Shown: piece by piece, positions 23,131 through 35,503 of the stretch
Numbering within the stretch: position 1 is the first letter of the stretch
Layout of the letters: each line of letters opens with the position of its first letter
Assembly (NCBI GenBank): GCA_027604505.1
Contig: JADIIX010000005.1
Span: 62,001 to 126,000, forward strand
From: Gonapodya sp. JEL0774
Taxonomy: Eukaryota
Direction of reading: 5' to 3'
DNA: 64,000 nt
Program-made: the position numbers and the translations under genes
The notes under the pieces: generated by a model
What the model was told of the DNA's origin: nothing
The model's database searches: none
The model's input: only the letters and a program-made list of their open reading frames with translations

Positions 23131-26100
23131 TCAAACCATCTCCGCTCCCTTGGATTGTGTACCAGCCTTACCTTGAGGGCCAGTCTTGCTTAGCTCGCTT
23201 ACGGGCCCATTGGAAAGACTCGCACCAGGGGCATGCTCTCCTCCGTTGCCAGTGAGACCACGAGTCACGCTGGTAACAGATGTGGATCCTGTTTTGGGGG
23301 TCTGGAGTTGCTTGTTTTCTTTGAAGGGGTAAAGGGTCAATCAATTGTTTGGTCGCACAACCCAATGTCATCACTGCACAAAAATACCCACGCTTCAAAG
23401 CATTCGCAAAAACTTTCTATACACCATACGTGCCGCGTGCGAATTGCAGTTTAAGACTGTGAGCGCCACACGCAGACCTACGCATACAGAAAACGTAGGA
23501 GACATTGAAGAGTATTTACCAGCATCTCCAGGAAGTGGGTCTGGGTTGTCTGAATCTCCTTTACCAACGACCCCGTGGTCGTCAACGATCCGTCACGGAT
23601 TACGGTGAAGTCGAATTTGATTGACTAAAGCGAAGGAAAGAGATCAAGTTGGTCGAATCCTGGTCTCACGAGCTTCGAAGTCGCCGATACTACGGACCTT
23701 CTCCATGGCGCGCAGAATGGTCTGCAGTGGGATTGATATGAAATACCAGGTAAAGAGCACGGACAAGATGCACTGATCACACAAAGTTCAAATTGTTAGA
23801 AATGACAATTGAGGTTTGTGAGGATTCGAAATGCAAAACAACTTGCCATGAAGATTACGACTGCCACCGCTACATGTCGCGGAAATCATCACTCGTGAGT
23901 GCTCGTTTGGTTACATAGTCGCAAGCGCGAAGAGTCTCTCGCCATAATAAAACAACTCACTCGCGCCGATAGCAATAATCCCCGATCGTGTTGCGTCACT
24001 CCTCAAACGATCAGCAAGGGTGAATGTGTCCCCAACATAATCTGTCGCGGGTCTACAGTATCATAATTTAGCGGTGAAACTGTGGACAATGTGACGTTTG
24101 GGTTGCAGAACTCACGCTCCCGACACAATAATGTACTTGTATCCCCAAATGGTCCTTGTCGTTACTTGGAACAAGTACCCATTGAGGTACCACTGCATAT
24201 CCGCAAACGGGGTCGTCAAGTCTCCGCCTGCGTAGTCGAATACCGTCGCAGCTGATAAGTTCAAGAGCGGCCAATCTGTGGCGCTGAATTGGGTGATGTT
24301 GCGGAGGGCAAAGTTGTTGGCCGTGCCGTTCCAAATAGTTTCAACGAGGGTCTAGGTCAACAGGAGACAAGACCAACGGACCCATGATGAGGTTATGGAA
24401 TTGAGCCAAGATCACACGTTTGTCCAGGAAGAAAATGCAAATCAGAGCGAAGTCCACGGAGCTCACATTCAGTCGTACAGTGTTATTGGAACCAAGGCCC
24501 GATATAGCCATGACTTTTGCTGTTGGTGTGAGTATGTAATACAGTGAATTAGGAGTGGAAGTGTTTGCCACCGCATCCAGGATGGAGGAGATGATCTGCG
24601 AACACGAGAGCAGCACACTCTGTTACAATTCACCAATTTCTCTTGCCCTTTAAACCACGAGTCTTGTGATTTTTTCTTCTGACTGACCTGAACGTTGAAC
24701 TCCACTCGAGCGGACGCAATATCTGCACCGGTTTTGTCGTAAACGCTCACAATCAGAGCTTGCGAAATAACGGCTTGATTGGCAACATAGGGAGCAATCA
24801 GTAGCGCTGTTCCTGGAGTAATATTTTTGATATATGCTGGTGACCAGTCCGGGCTCCAGAGCTGAGAAGAGAGGCGAATGGGCTTACCAACACAGCGCGG
24901 AACGTCACAGAAGCGATCACAAAGGTATACTTACACCACCAATGGTTGCATTGCTTTGGATACCAGACGTATAGTTGTATACCTTGGTATGTACCCTAGA
25001 GCTCGTGTTTCCTTTGAATAATATGGTTACTTCCTTTGAACGATGAGAAACCAGGTCTAGTTCGATCTCACCTCCGGGACACAGGATTGTGCAATTCAAA
25101 GTGGACGGATCGTTTATAAAGATGTTGTACGCAATTCTCGAGCTGCCGATCGGCATACCCCCGCCACTGGTACTCCCGTAGGAATTGAGGTTGTTGTGAA
25201 AAGTCACCCACGACCGAAGAACGTTGACTGAAAGAACTGACTTGAGCGAGTACGCTCGTACGATGCCGTTTAGGTCCACTCACATCCTGGACCAAAGGAA
25301 AGAAGTGTGCTAAGGGTCCAAGGAATCAAAACACTGAAAGGATAGGGCATGGAATGTTAATATTTCGATCGCGTTCGACTGGTCCAAATCGACTCACTCC
25401 CAGTTTCCTTGAGATACAACTCCGAGTCTCATTTGATCGGAAAGCGCTTGAAGAAACACGAATTGCTGAAGGGAGTTGGTGAGGAGTGAGCACCGATCAT
25501 ACTTAGTACAACGTGCCAGACCTACCGATTGAATATACCCATCTGGTTGAAGTTGACAAAGACGGGCATCAGATCGGTAACTCTTTGACCTTCAGTGCAT
25601 TCAAAAACTGTACCCATGACAGTGGTAATGTATTTGCTTGCATCTTTCTGGCGATTCTTGGCAAGCGCGGCGATGCTGTTTGCCGCTAGCAGCAATGAGA
25701 TAGTTTCTCAGATATTTTGCTCCCAACAAGGGCCAGGGAGAAGGGAAACTTGCCATTGTCACTGGCCGAATTGACTGAAGCTTGACTTGTTGTCCAACCT
25801 AGGGTGATGGTCACAATAGCAATAGATACAATACTGTGAAGATCCGAACGGTATGAATTTGGCTGTGTACATGCGGCATCAGATACCCGATCGATGGCGA
25901 ACACTCACTTGATGAGAACCAGCAATATTACCACAGTACAAAGGGACAGGACGAAGAATGGCTTCTTGACAGCAGTTTTTGATGTTTCAGAGCTTTGGAC
26001 GCTCATCTCCCTGTTGTTGGAAGACTCTCCCTGCTTCAAGTTGGATGACAACATTCCCGTGCTACTGTTGTCCGCCCTCGTCCGCAATTGAGAAGCACTG

Positions 26101-26159
26101 GGCATGACAAACTGTGTGGAGGTTGTCATCCCCTTTGTTGATTCTGAGTCGCTCGCCAT
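23131..26159 (-). CDS. Two-TM sensor/receptor-like protein: extracellular Cache-like region + HAMP-like domain, no catalytic output
   Basis: TM1 region (FFVLSLCTVVILLVLI...SIVSIAIVTITLGW); large intervening domain ending ...PATDYVGDT; TM2 GIIAIGATVAVVIFMCILSVLFTWYFI; then SIPLQTILRAMEK/SIKFDFTVIRDG...LVKEIQTTQTHFLEML/KVFANALKQNKQL and a short low-complexity tail. Confidence 0.7.
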
Positions 26160-26636
26160 GGAATTGGTTGAGATAATGAAATCGAAGCACCAATTCAAAG
26201 ATGAGGCATCCACCCTTGGGCCTTGGGACGGATGCCACACCAAAGATGCCTGCAGGTAACAACTAAACTATTGTAAATAGCCAACGACCGCAAAACCGCA
26301 AAAGAAGCAGTGCCGAACCGAGTAACTGTGCTCTCCGCCAATGTCTGTTCCTCTGCAGTTTGACACATTCAATTTCCAGGAGTCGGAACGCAGTGGATCC
26401 ACCTTCCTGACGCCCGCTCCAAGTCGCGATTACCAGAGCATCGCAGTGGGAGGGCGTAGTCTCAATCTATCGTGGAAGAACGATGAGAAAAGTGGCTTGC
26501 GTGAGATTGTGGGTGGTGATGTGGGTGATCGATCACGGCGCTTGATCTCCGTCAGCCATCTCCCCTACGGAACTGAAGCTGGCATGATTTTCGCACATAA
26601 ACTTGGTTCCTACAGGAAACTTTGTTCACGTTGTCT

Positions 26637-28181
26637 ATGTCGCGCTCTCGGCTCACCCCAAAGCTCCCCACAGAGCTCCAACTCGTTATCACGTCATTCA
26701 TATCGGACCTCCCGACGTGCCTTCGTCTACTCTCTGTCTCCAAGACATGGTCCTCTCAACTTCTTCAAAGAATCTGGTCAGATGTTGCTCTTTCAGGACC
26801 TGCCCTGGCGAACTACCCCTCGACGGTGTTCACTCCAATTTACCCACATTTAACTCCCGACCACATCGCCTTTCTCACGTCGGGAACCCCCACTGTCTTC
26901 CCCTACTCTGAGCTCGTTCGGTCACTTCGCGTTCAGCGACACCAGAACTTTCCCGATAATTTCCACCTGTTTGAACACCTCCTTCGTGCCTTCCCCAATC
27001 TTCGCAGCCTCAAGGTCGTCGCAGTCCCTCCCAACTTCTCGTGGAGAGGAGCGAATAAACTTTTTGAGAGGCTCGACTCCTTGGAGGTGTCGTCCTCCTT
27101 AATCCCAATATTTAAAATCTTAGCCTCGACGGAGGACAAAGCAGGCACGAGCGACTCATCGGACATATCCATGGCACCCCACTTACCTGTCCTTCCTGAT
27201 TCTGCCGACTCACTGTCGAAAGGTGGACACAACACAAGCAAGCTTCTCGATACTCTTAATCTCCCATCATCCTCTCAGGAACTACCCAAACTACCAACCT
27301 CACTCACGCATCTCTCACTCGTCTCCCCCCATGACCCCACCGATGCTGCTCTCCTTCTCCACCTCGTTCAAATTAATCCCCGCCTTCGCTTGCTGTCTTT
27401 AATTGGTGGTGCAAGAAACCTCGAAAATATTTTCCGAACCGCCCTGGACGTGGACTCTGGAAGACGCCTGGAAAGTCTTTCTTTGCAGATGACTACGGAT
27501 GGACTTGGCTCAGCTTGGTCTGCGCCGAACGAGGCGACAGGAGACACAAACCAAACCCCTTCGCGAGGTCCTCTTTGGTCCCCACTTCTCTCTCCAGGCA
27601 TGTCCCATCTTGTCCATCTTACTCTCCACGTGACCACACTTCCACTTGAGATGCTTCATTCCCTCACTTCGAGTACACCAGTTTGGAACCTCCAATTTCT
27701 AGTTCTTACTTGTCGTGATATGGACCCTCCTGTTCCTCGCGTTGACAACATGCATGCATTCATGTATCCGCACGTCCACCACAACAACCGAAATTACGAA
27801 CACGACCAGGCATGGCGCGGGATGTTAGCTCACGCGCCTCGACTTCGCACTTTCTCAATTGCCGCGGCGTTGGGCCAAGTCGGTTTTGGAACTGTAGCCT
27901 GCCAGTATCTCGCACAAGAATCTTCGGTGACTTATGCATCCGTGACGGTGTTCCAGTCCGCGACGCGACTAGCTGCCTCCGTTTATGACACTTTGACACC
28001 TGCGGCTGGCAATCCCTCCGACCTTGGAACGAGTTTTGGGGATGATTTGAATGACAAAATCTTGCGGCAATACGGAGATGTGCGTACACAAGGTTTTACG
28101 ACGGAGTGGGCGAGATGGGGAACCACCCTAAAGGTATTGGAAGCGAAGAAAGTAGAAAAGTTCCAGTCTTTTGGATATTAG
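26637..28181 (+). CDS. F-box / leucine-rich-repeat protein (single exon)
   Basis: PKLPTELQLVITSFISDLPTCLRLLSVSKTW...RIWSDV (F-box-like); repeated LRSLKV/LTHLSL/LRLLSL/LESLSL/LVHLTL LRR-like units. Confidence 0.8.
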   Translation: MSRSRLTPKLPTELQLVITSFISDLPTCLRLLSVSKTWSSQLLQRIWSDVALSGPALANYPSTVFTPIYPHLTPDHIAFLTSGTPTVFPYSELVRSLRVQRHQNFPDNFHLFEHLLRAFPNLRSLKVVAVPPNFSWRGANKLFERLDSLEVSSSLIPIFKILASTEDKAGTSDSSDISMAPHLPVLPDSADSLSKGGHNTSKLLDTLNLPSSSQELPKLPTSLTHLSLVSPHDPTDAALLLHLVQINPRLRLLSLIGGARNLENIFRTALDVDSGRRLESLSLQMTTDGLGSAWSAPNEATGDTNQTPSRGPLWSPLLSPGMSHLVHLTLHVTTLPLEMLHSLTSSTPVWNLQFLVLTCRDMDPPVPRVDNMHAFMYPHVHHNNRNYEHDQAWRGMLAHAPRLRTFSIAAALGQVGFGTVACQYLAQESSVTYASVTVFQSATRLAASVYDTLTPAAGNPSDLGTSFGDDLNDKILRQYGDVRTQGFTTEWARWGTTLKVLEAKKVEKFQSFGY

Positions 28182-28840
28182 ACCAATTGTATCATGGTAG
28201 TAGTCTTGATCTCAACTTAAGAGGAATAGTCTTCTTTCCGCCGCAAGTTTGTTCTTTCGATACTCCAAATGTTTCCTGCATGTCATGAAAATCTGATGAT
28301 GTAGAGAGTAGTAGGTTCGGCAGTTCGAAATGGAGTTCTGCATTTGGCTGTATTGATTATTGTGCAGATGCGAATTTATTTCTAGTGAAGAACCAGGGCG
28401 CGGGCGTTCATCATCCCGCTGTTGCGGTGCACGGCACCACTCTGTGAACGACGAGAGTGGTAACTGAGAATGGCACGTGCATTTCGAGTGATTCAAAACG
28501 CAATTTCAAATCAAAATATTGTTGAGTTAATGCTTTTTGTGAAACGTTCCCGTAAATTACAGTAGGGTACGGTTCTTGAATCTTTGGATTTCAACCATGT
28601 CAGCGAAACAGAATGTGGGTGAGGTCGCGAGACAGTACTAGTACATACATGGAACTTGTGTTTGACGCATCAATTTAAAGATGATGTTTGTATTGATGTG
28701 AATTCACACAAATTCACATGACTTTCATGTGCATATTATTGGTTTATGTTTGTTCAATCACAGTAGTTCAATTTTCCAGATAAACTTCAAACAAAATGGT
28801 ACCATTGCAAATTATGATAGATTAATAATGTGGTCCAATC

Positions 28841-31800
28841 TCACGCAACCATCCCCGCCTTTGCGCCAGCCGCAAGTGTGCTGCAAATCTTTTTGTGACC
28901 AAACAATTTCCAATCCTTCTTTTGACTGTAACCGAGAAATCAATCTGATTGCATTCAATGAAAAAATCCATAGAGAGAACTTACCAGTGGCGTGAGCAGT
29001 ATCGCCTCGACTTACTGCGTACATATTTTGAAGGCAAGAACATATGTTCATGGGTCAGAAAAAAGAACACCTCACATCCTTCCTTTACCTACCATGTTCC
29101 ACAGACCGCGATATCAACATCATCAGCCTCTTCCTTCCCACAAACCGCACAGAGGAGTATCTCATGCTCCTCTCCCAGGGAAGTAAGCACGAGAGGCAGT
29201 TGCAGTTCGATCAAGGCTTTGGTTTCTTGCTCCCACCTTGCCTTATCTTCTCGCTCCTACAATCACCCTCTGATGAGCACCTAAGCCGCACTCTTCACAC
29301 TATTAGACAAACGCACCTTACGGAGTCGCTCTTCGCGCTCCTTCTGTTCTCGCTGTTCCGCCTCTTTTTTACGCAACCTTTCAGCTTCCTTTCGTTCTGC
29401 TTCTCCCTTCTTCACGCGTTCCGCCTCCTCCTTCAATCTTTGCGCCTCCTTCTTTCGAGCTACTTCCTCTTCTTTCTTTCGAGCGGTTTCCAATTCTTTT
29501 TGACGCTGTGATTCCCTTTGCTTCTGCTCGCGCTGTTCTTTCTGTCTCAGCTTCTCAGCTTCCTCCTGCCAAAGAATGAGTGCGTGGGTCCGTTGTAGTC
29601 TGCGATGACAGACAAGAGGGCTCACCTTCTTCCTTCGTTCTTCCCTTTCCCGTTTTTCTTGCTCCTCCCTGACTTGCTTCTCTCTAGCGGCGCCCTCTCT
29701 CCGTTCTTGTTCTTCCTTCGCCTTATTTTCTCGTTCACGCTGAGCTTGCTGAGCTGTTATCACGCGGAAAGGAAGTAGAATATCGTTTTTATCGAGCGTC
29801 AATCAGAGAAATTACCTTTTTCTTTTGCTTCTTGTTTTCGGCGCTCCTTTTCTGTGGTGTTTGAAAGTAGAGTCTCCATCAGAAGCACAGCCTGAAACTT
29901 CTAAATCAATACCCACACTCGCCTTTCATCTCCCGCATCTTCTCCTCAGCCTGCTTTGCCAGAAGATCTTTCATCTGCTCCAAGAACTGTGAGTTGGTGT
30001 CCGCTCCGACATTAACGACATCATCGTCGCCATCGTTCGCATCACTGTAGAAGCGCTCCTCTTCGTTGTTCTCGGACCCAAAAAGGGACGGTGATTCTGT
30101 TGCTGCAGCACCCGCACCACCAGTGTAGTCGAATTCTTCTTCCTCCGGTTCCGACGAAGACTCGTCGCTCTCATTGCCAGGTAACGCAAACTTCGGTGCC
30201 AGTGGTGGGTCGGGCTCATCTTCGGACTCAACCTCCGATTCCGATTCAACTTTCTTCGCGGGGCCTCCGCGAGCAGGTGGCCTCCTTGGTGGTGTATCAT
30301 CGTCAGATTCGTCCGATTCAAGGCCAGAGGGCCCATCTTCATCATCATCGTCGTCATCGTAGTCTCGTGACACATGGACAGGCTTTGGTGGTTCAGGAGG
30401 TGGCGCCGCCGGTGCTTTGGGAATGTGCACAGTCGGGTCATAGGGAAATGCCGGTTTAGCGAAAATCTGTTTGACGATTGGTTGGCGGAGATGCTGAAAT
30501 GAAACGCCATGCTCAGAGGAGACAGTACAGAAAAGAAGAACAACGGCACAAAGTTCTTACACGAAGAAGGTCCAAATTCTGGAAGTATGAGTTCGTAAGA
30601 TTCGGGATCTTTCCAAATCGCATTACGAATGTCTCTTGCTTCCCCTTTTGCATCGGCGCCCCCTTCTTGTCCTCGGCATCGCGCCACACCTTATTCAAGT
30701 CTTCAAATTCTTGCTGGAATGAAGTTTCCCGTGTCATGAGCTGTACGACTGCATTGAACTTGTCTTCACGACTTGCAGTCAGCATTCCAACGCTGGCGTC
30801 AACAATGTGCGAATCGTCTAAGACGTGTGGAGATGCCTTCAACCTTTCAGAGACAGGCTCGACCCAAGCCTGCTGTAGTGCTTCGTCGGACCTCCAAAAT
30901 TTCGTTGCCATGGTCAACATTTTGACGGCTTCGTAAGCAAAACGCCTGCAGTGAAACAGTCGATAGTGGGGCATCCACAGATGTACGAAAGTTAGATATG
31001 CCCTCGAACCAAAAACGCGTTCTCCCGTACCAAAGAGCCGCTTTCACTCGCCATCGATTCTCCCCTGTCCAATCAGCAAGCTCCAAGGCTACATGAGCAA
31101 GCCTAATGCAGCAGTAACGAGCGTCGCCGTGATCAAGGCCAGGCATGCGCGACAGGGAACGTACATAGCAACCTTCATGCGCAAATTACAACGAACAGCT
31201 CTGACGTAAATTTGACAGCGGATAGATGGCTCACCCATCGCACGGACCCAGCTCGCTGCTGACTCAATTCCATCTTTGCCAAGCTTTCCCAGCTTCCTCC
31301 TCTCTTTCTCTCGCAGAGCTAGATGCGCCTCAACATCTCCCATGCAGCGCCAACTAATCCATTCGACATGCTGCAACATCTCCTTTCCTCTCTCCCAGTT
31401 CTGTACCGGAACAATCTGGCCTGCCGGAGGCTGCAGGAAAAGCTTCGTGCACTTGTCCAAATCACGCATGGCGGCCACAAGCTTGGATGTGTCCATCAGG
31501 AGGAATGCTCGACCACGAAGATACGTGGGCTCCTGCGCACGGCCCGAGCAGCAACGACTGAGATTGTTTAGTCGCTCGAGTGCGTTCGGAACTGTTTGGA
31601 TGGGAGTTATGCGAGCGACCGGTCCCCCTGTCAATTCGGTGTGTCATGAATGAGTAAAAAGAATTGTCCATCCAGGTGAAGTAATGGAGTAATCCTCACC
31701 ACCAGAAGTCCCTGTTGTCGCAAGCGTAAGAGTCGAGTAGAGAAACTCGGCATCCAAGTTGTTGATATTTCCTTTGCGGTACCGCGCTGTGTGAAATTGT

Positions 31801-32360
31801 AGAGTATCCAAATAAGATGGGTCTTGTCCTGCTATCAATGGAAACAGCTCCATTTGCGAGCCGAAGTGCTCCATCGGGAGGCGGGGCAATGTCCGCTTCA
31901 AGTCGGAGTTCCGACTCCTTGTGGAATTTGAAACTCACAAATCACTTCATTGAATTCGATTAGCCTCTCCAAAAGTGAAGCACAAGTAAGAGGATCCAGT
32001 TTCCAAGCGACAGTAAGATTCTTGACCACTTCTGCATCCTGTTTATTGTCAAGAGCGACACCAGCCTTCCGAACGTAAAGGTCGAGTGTTTTTAGCAAAG
32101 CGAGTGTAGGAGCAGTTGGGAATCTGGGAGCGAAGTAGCAAATGATACACTAAATGAATGGCAGGTGGTAAGATGTCGGGAAAGCTCTAGTAAGCTCTGT
32201 TGAGGTTGGGATGGGAATGACGGATGCTAATTACGAACGTTGGTCTTGTTTTGGCAACTTTTCTTATGTTCTCCGTCATTTTCAAGTCGAAGAAGTTTGG
32301 GTCCTTTCTTTTTCCTTCCCATCGCCCTAGGCGGATGTTTCGGGAGAAGAGAATCGTCAT
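28841..32360 (-). CDS. TPR-like + acidic/coiled-coil + C-terminal MYND zinc-finger protein
   Basis: Helical TPR-like segments (YLRGRAFLLM...AAMRDLDKC); D/E/P-rich linker; E/K/R coiled coil; spliced C-terminus LCAVCGKEEADDVDIAVCGTCKSRRYCSRHCQKKDWKLFGHKKIC. Start is approximate. Confidence 0.8.
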
Positions 32361-32474
32361 TTTTGTGTTGCTAAATTACTTTCTTCTGAGCGAACAGGAA
32401 CACGCTCCAGACGGTGAACCAAAATAGTAATGGGCATCTTGAAGTTAGTTTACAGGCGACGCCATTGACTATTG

Positions 32475-34605
32475 TTACGACCGCCAAGCGGTGAGAATCA
32501 GCCATCCTGTGCAGACAAGTGTCGCAATCCATGTCAGTGCATTGACGATGGGAGCATCGGAGTCCTTTCCAACGGGTACATTGACAATCAAATACTGGTG
32601 ACTATCGTCGCCATCTGCAGCGTTCATCAGGACTGGTACGCAAACTTCCCCAACGGAGTGTAAAATGCCACTTGTGACTCGCGATTCAACCAGCATAAAG
32701 AATTCTGTACCACCAGGGCAGTGGTGGACTGGCGCCCAAGGGACAAAACAGGATGTGTTTGAATCCATTGGGACAAGAAGACGGACAGTTGGGATCGGAA
32801 TGTGTACCCTGCGCTGGGAGAGGTTTTTTCGAACAAATTTAGTGTCCAGAATAAGTTCTTCTTGAGTGAGAGGGACTTGAAATCGGAGGTGAAGAGGTAT
32901 CTTCATCGCAAACGACCTACAAAGTTGTGGCCGTGGTGCTTAGACAACACACAGTACACCATCAATTGGAAAACCTACCCATTCCACTTCTTAATTTCTA
33001 CAGATATTCCATTGGACCTTGCTTTCTCCATTTCAGCAGCTGCTTCCAGGTCCGCCTGACCCCACGGGTAAAATTTGAGTTGAGCACTTTGCCCCGTGTA
33101 ACTTCCGTGCCCATACAGCCGGGGAATCTCATATTCGTCTATGAAAATTGTATGAGGGAGAGAGAGATCCAAGCGTGCAGACAAAGAAGACCGCTCCAAC
33201 ATCTCCAAGAGTACAAGCGGGGGTGATGGCAGATGGATATGAAGAACAGGATGAAATCCTATGGCAGGGTCGAGGAATACAGAGACGCTTGGTAGAGTTT
33301 CCGCAGTGTTGACAAGGCAGAGTGTTGGGAAATTGACTGTCACATCTCTCGTTGTGTCTAAAGGTGTACTATACACATTTGAAATGGTGCAATCTCAAAG
33401 ACGGTCACATACGCACTGTTCGGAAAAAAGCTTCGAATTTGAAGCCGGTTACCCTCAACACCCTCATGATCAGACGTTACGACTTCCAAAGTGACCCTTT
33501 CCCGGTTAACTTCAAACCAGCAACTACCGTCAATTGGCTGCAAGTCTCCAAACAATAAAACATCGACCATCGACTTTTTTAGTGCTCCAGTAGTTGTGGC
33601 ATCCGGTCCGATTCGAAGCATTGCGTATGACGTGGACATCGAGCTCGGCGTTGGTGCCGACTTAAAGGCCGAGTTATATGTGGACCTCAGCAATTGAGAT
33701 AGTTCGTCGACTCGGCCATTTCCTACTTGGAAATGAGTGCGGAGACGTAAAAGTTCCTCATTCGAGAGTGGCAAAAAGTAGTAGAAAGGAGGCCTCCTGG
33801 GAAGTTTGCGCACGTCAATGCGGGATAGCGCCAATGCTGGGATCTTGGTTGTTCATTTCAGTGGAAGGTGAGAGTAGGCACACATAGCTTATGTCATCAT
33901 GCTGTTGCGTACCGATGCGCATCCACAGCAAACAACGTTATCCCCAAAGTGGGCGAGGATAACCTCACACAGTCGTCCCAACATGTCATCTGTCACACTA
34001 GAAACACACCTAAGACCAGGTAAACGCAATTATTTAAACATTGCGTCACTCTCTCACTTGTGGCTACTTTGCAATGGCAGATGTGCTTCTTTCCACTCCA
34101 CGAGAAGGTGGGCACCAACCTCGCCGGGTGAGGTGGCTGGTTCAAAGAGAGCCCAAGCATCGTTTCTCACTCCCCTTCCACGCAATTCTGTGAACTCCAT
34201 CCGAGAGTCAAAAACGATCGACAAAGTGACTTGATGGATCTCAGGGGGGAGCGAGTGAAAAGAGGAGTCTCCCAAAGTAGATGGGACCACTGAGCGCTGC
34301 GTGAGGTAAAGACTGAATTGAAATGTCTCACTATGTGTATCCACTGCAATTCCTGCTAAATCTGCGAACATCTGCAACCTCCACTTAGATGCACTGTCCA
34401 AGGTCACGATAGTCGACTTGTTTTCCAGGCCATTGTCAGCACGAAATACCTGCGGCTGAAGTTCTTTGGTCCAAATGAGCAAGTGAGGATCAGGTCGGGA
34501 ATCCGGGACGTTGTTGGAAGCGATGGTCGGGCATTTGAACGTCATCGCAACTGATGGTCCAGAGATGACTGCCGTAAGCAATAATATTGCAACAGAGAGA
34601 ATCAT
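32475..34605 (-). CDS. PBN1: PIG-X/Pbn1, GPI mannosyltransferase I stabilising subunit
   Basis: Signal peptide; IGFHPVLHI, LPHTIFIDEYEI, DLEA, IPLHLRFQVP and VPVG motifs; C-terminal TM helix. Confidence 0.85.
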
Positions 34606-34753
34606 TCCAAACTGTGGCGATAACTTGATCCACGCATTGGGTTCTTAAGAGGTTTCATGAAAATTGTGGAGTCGAGCTGTGGGCACATGCGGTTGCTGTC
34701 ATTGTTCTTACTACAGTAATGCGAACGAGTGTAAAAAATATGGCCAAGAAGTG

Positions 34754-35503
34754 TCACGCCTGCTTATAGACTAAAATCCCGAGGTTTCCTCCAAAGTACA
34801 TGAACAGCAGGTTCTTCACCTCATGGGTGATTTCGTAGCCGAACCCTTCACCAATAACCACATGCCATGTGGTACCGGCTTTTTTGTCCATGGTTTCCTT
34901 AACCGTTTTAGCGGCCGCCTGCCCGGATAAATCATTCGTGTCACAAAGCCCCAGACCCAAGTTTAGAATATATGAATGCGAGGATTCAGAAGTTAACCCA
35001 AAATATTTATCTTGTAAAAGTCTTAGGCATTTGGATTCACCTCATAGTTCCCCTGATGTCGTTCAATCGCCGTCACCACAAGGTCCACAGCCTCAGTCCT
35101 CATCTCTTCGTTCATGTCACATACCTGGAACCAAACTTTCGTCAGCCAGCAAAACGATTTCACTTTGAATGAATGTTCGCACGGCAAGGATAGACGCCGA
35201 TGCGCTGGGTGGCTCCAGTTGATACCCACTTGAGAGCGCCAGCTAATACGATGCTTCCATCGGCGCCAGCCTTAACCCAGGAACTCCTTCCGAGTCATTC
35301 AGTTTCTTTCATCTCTCGTTTCAAGCACGTAAGCAATGCAGTGACCTGTCACGTGTACTCACTCGGACGAGTGGATAATTGAAGTTCTTTCGAAAGTCTT
35401 GGGCCTCCGCTTTATCCTGCTTGGGATCACCTCCTCCTGCCGTCGTAGCTCCTCCAGCCGGTTTAGAGTCAGCGAGGTTTCCATTTGATGACAAGTCTCC
35501 CAT
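34754..35503 (-). CDS. DNAL4: Axonemal dynein light chain 4 (LC8 family)
   Basis: NYPLVR, CDMNEEMRTEAVDLVVTAIERHQGNYE, AAAKTVKETMDKK..TWHVVIGEGFGYEITHEVKNLLFMYFGG. Confidence 0.93.

Noticed and set aside
28293..28330. Hammerhead ribozyme core (CTGATGA...GAAA)
   Set aside because: Stem II does not form and the closing G-C pair is missing.
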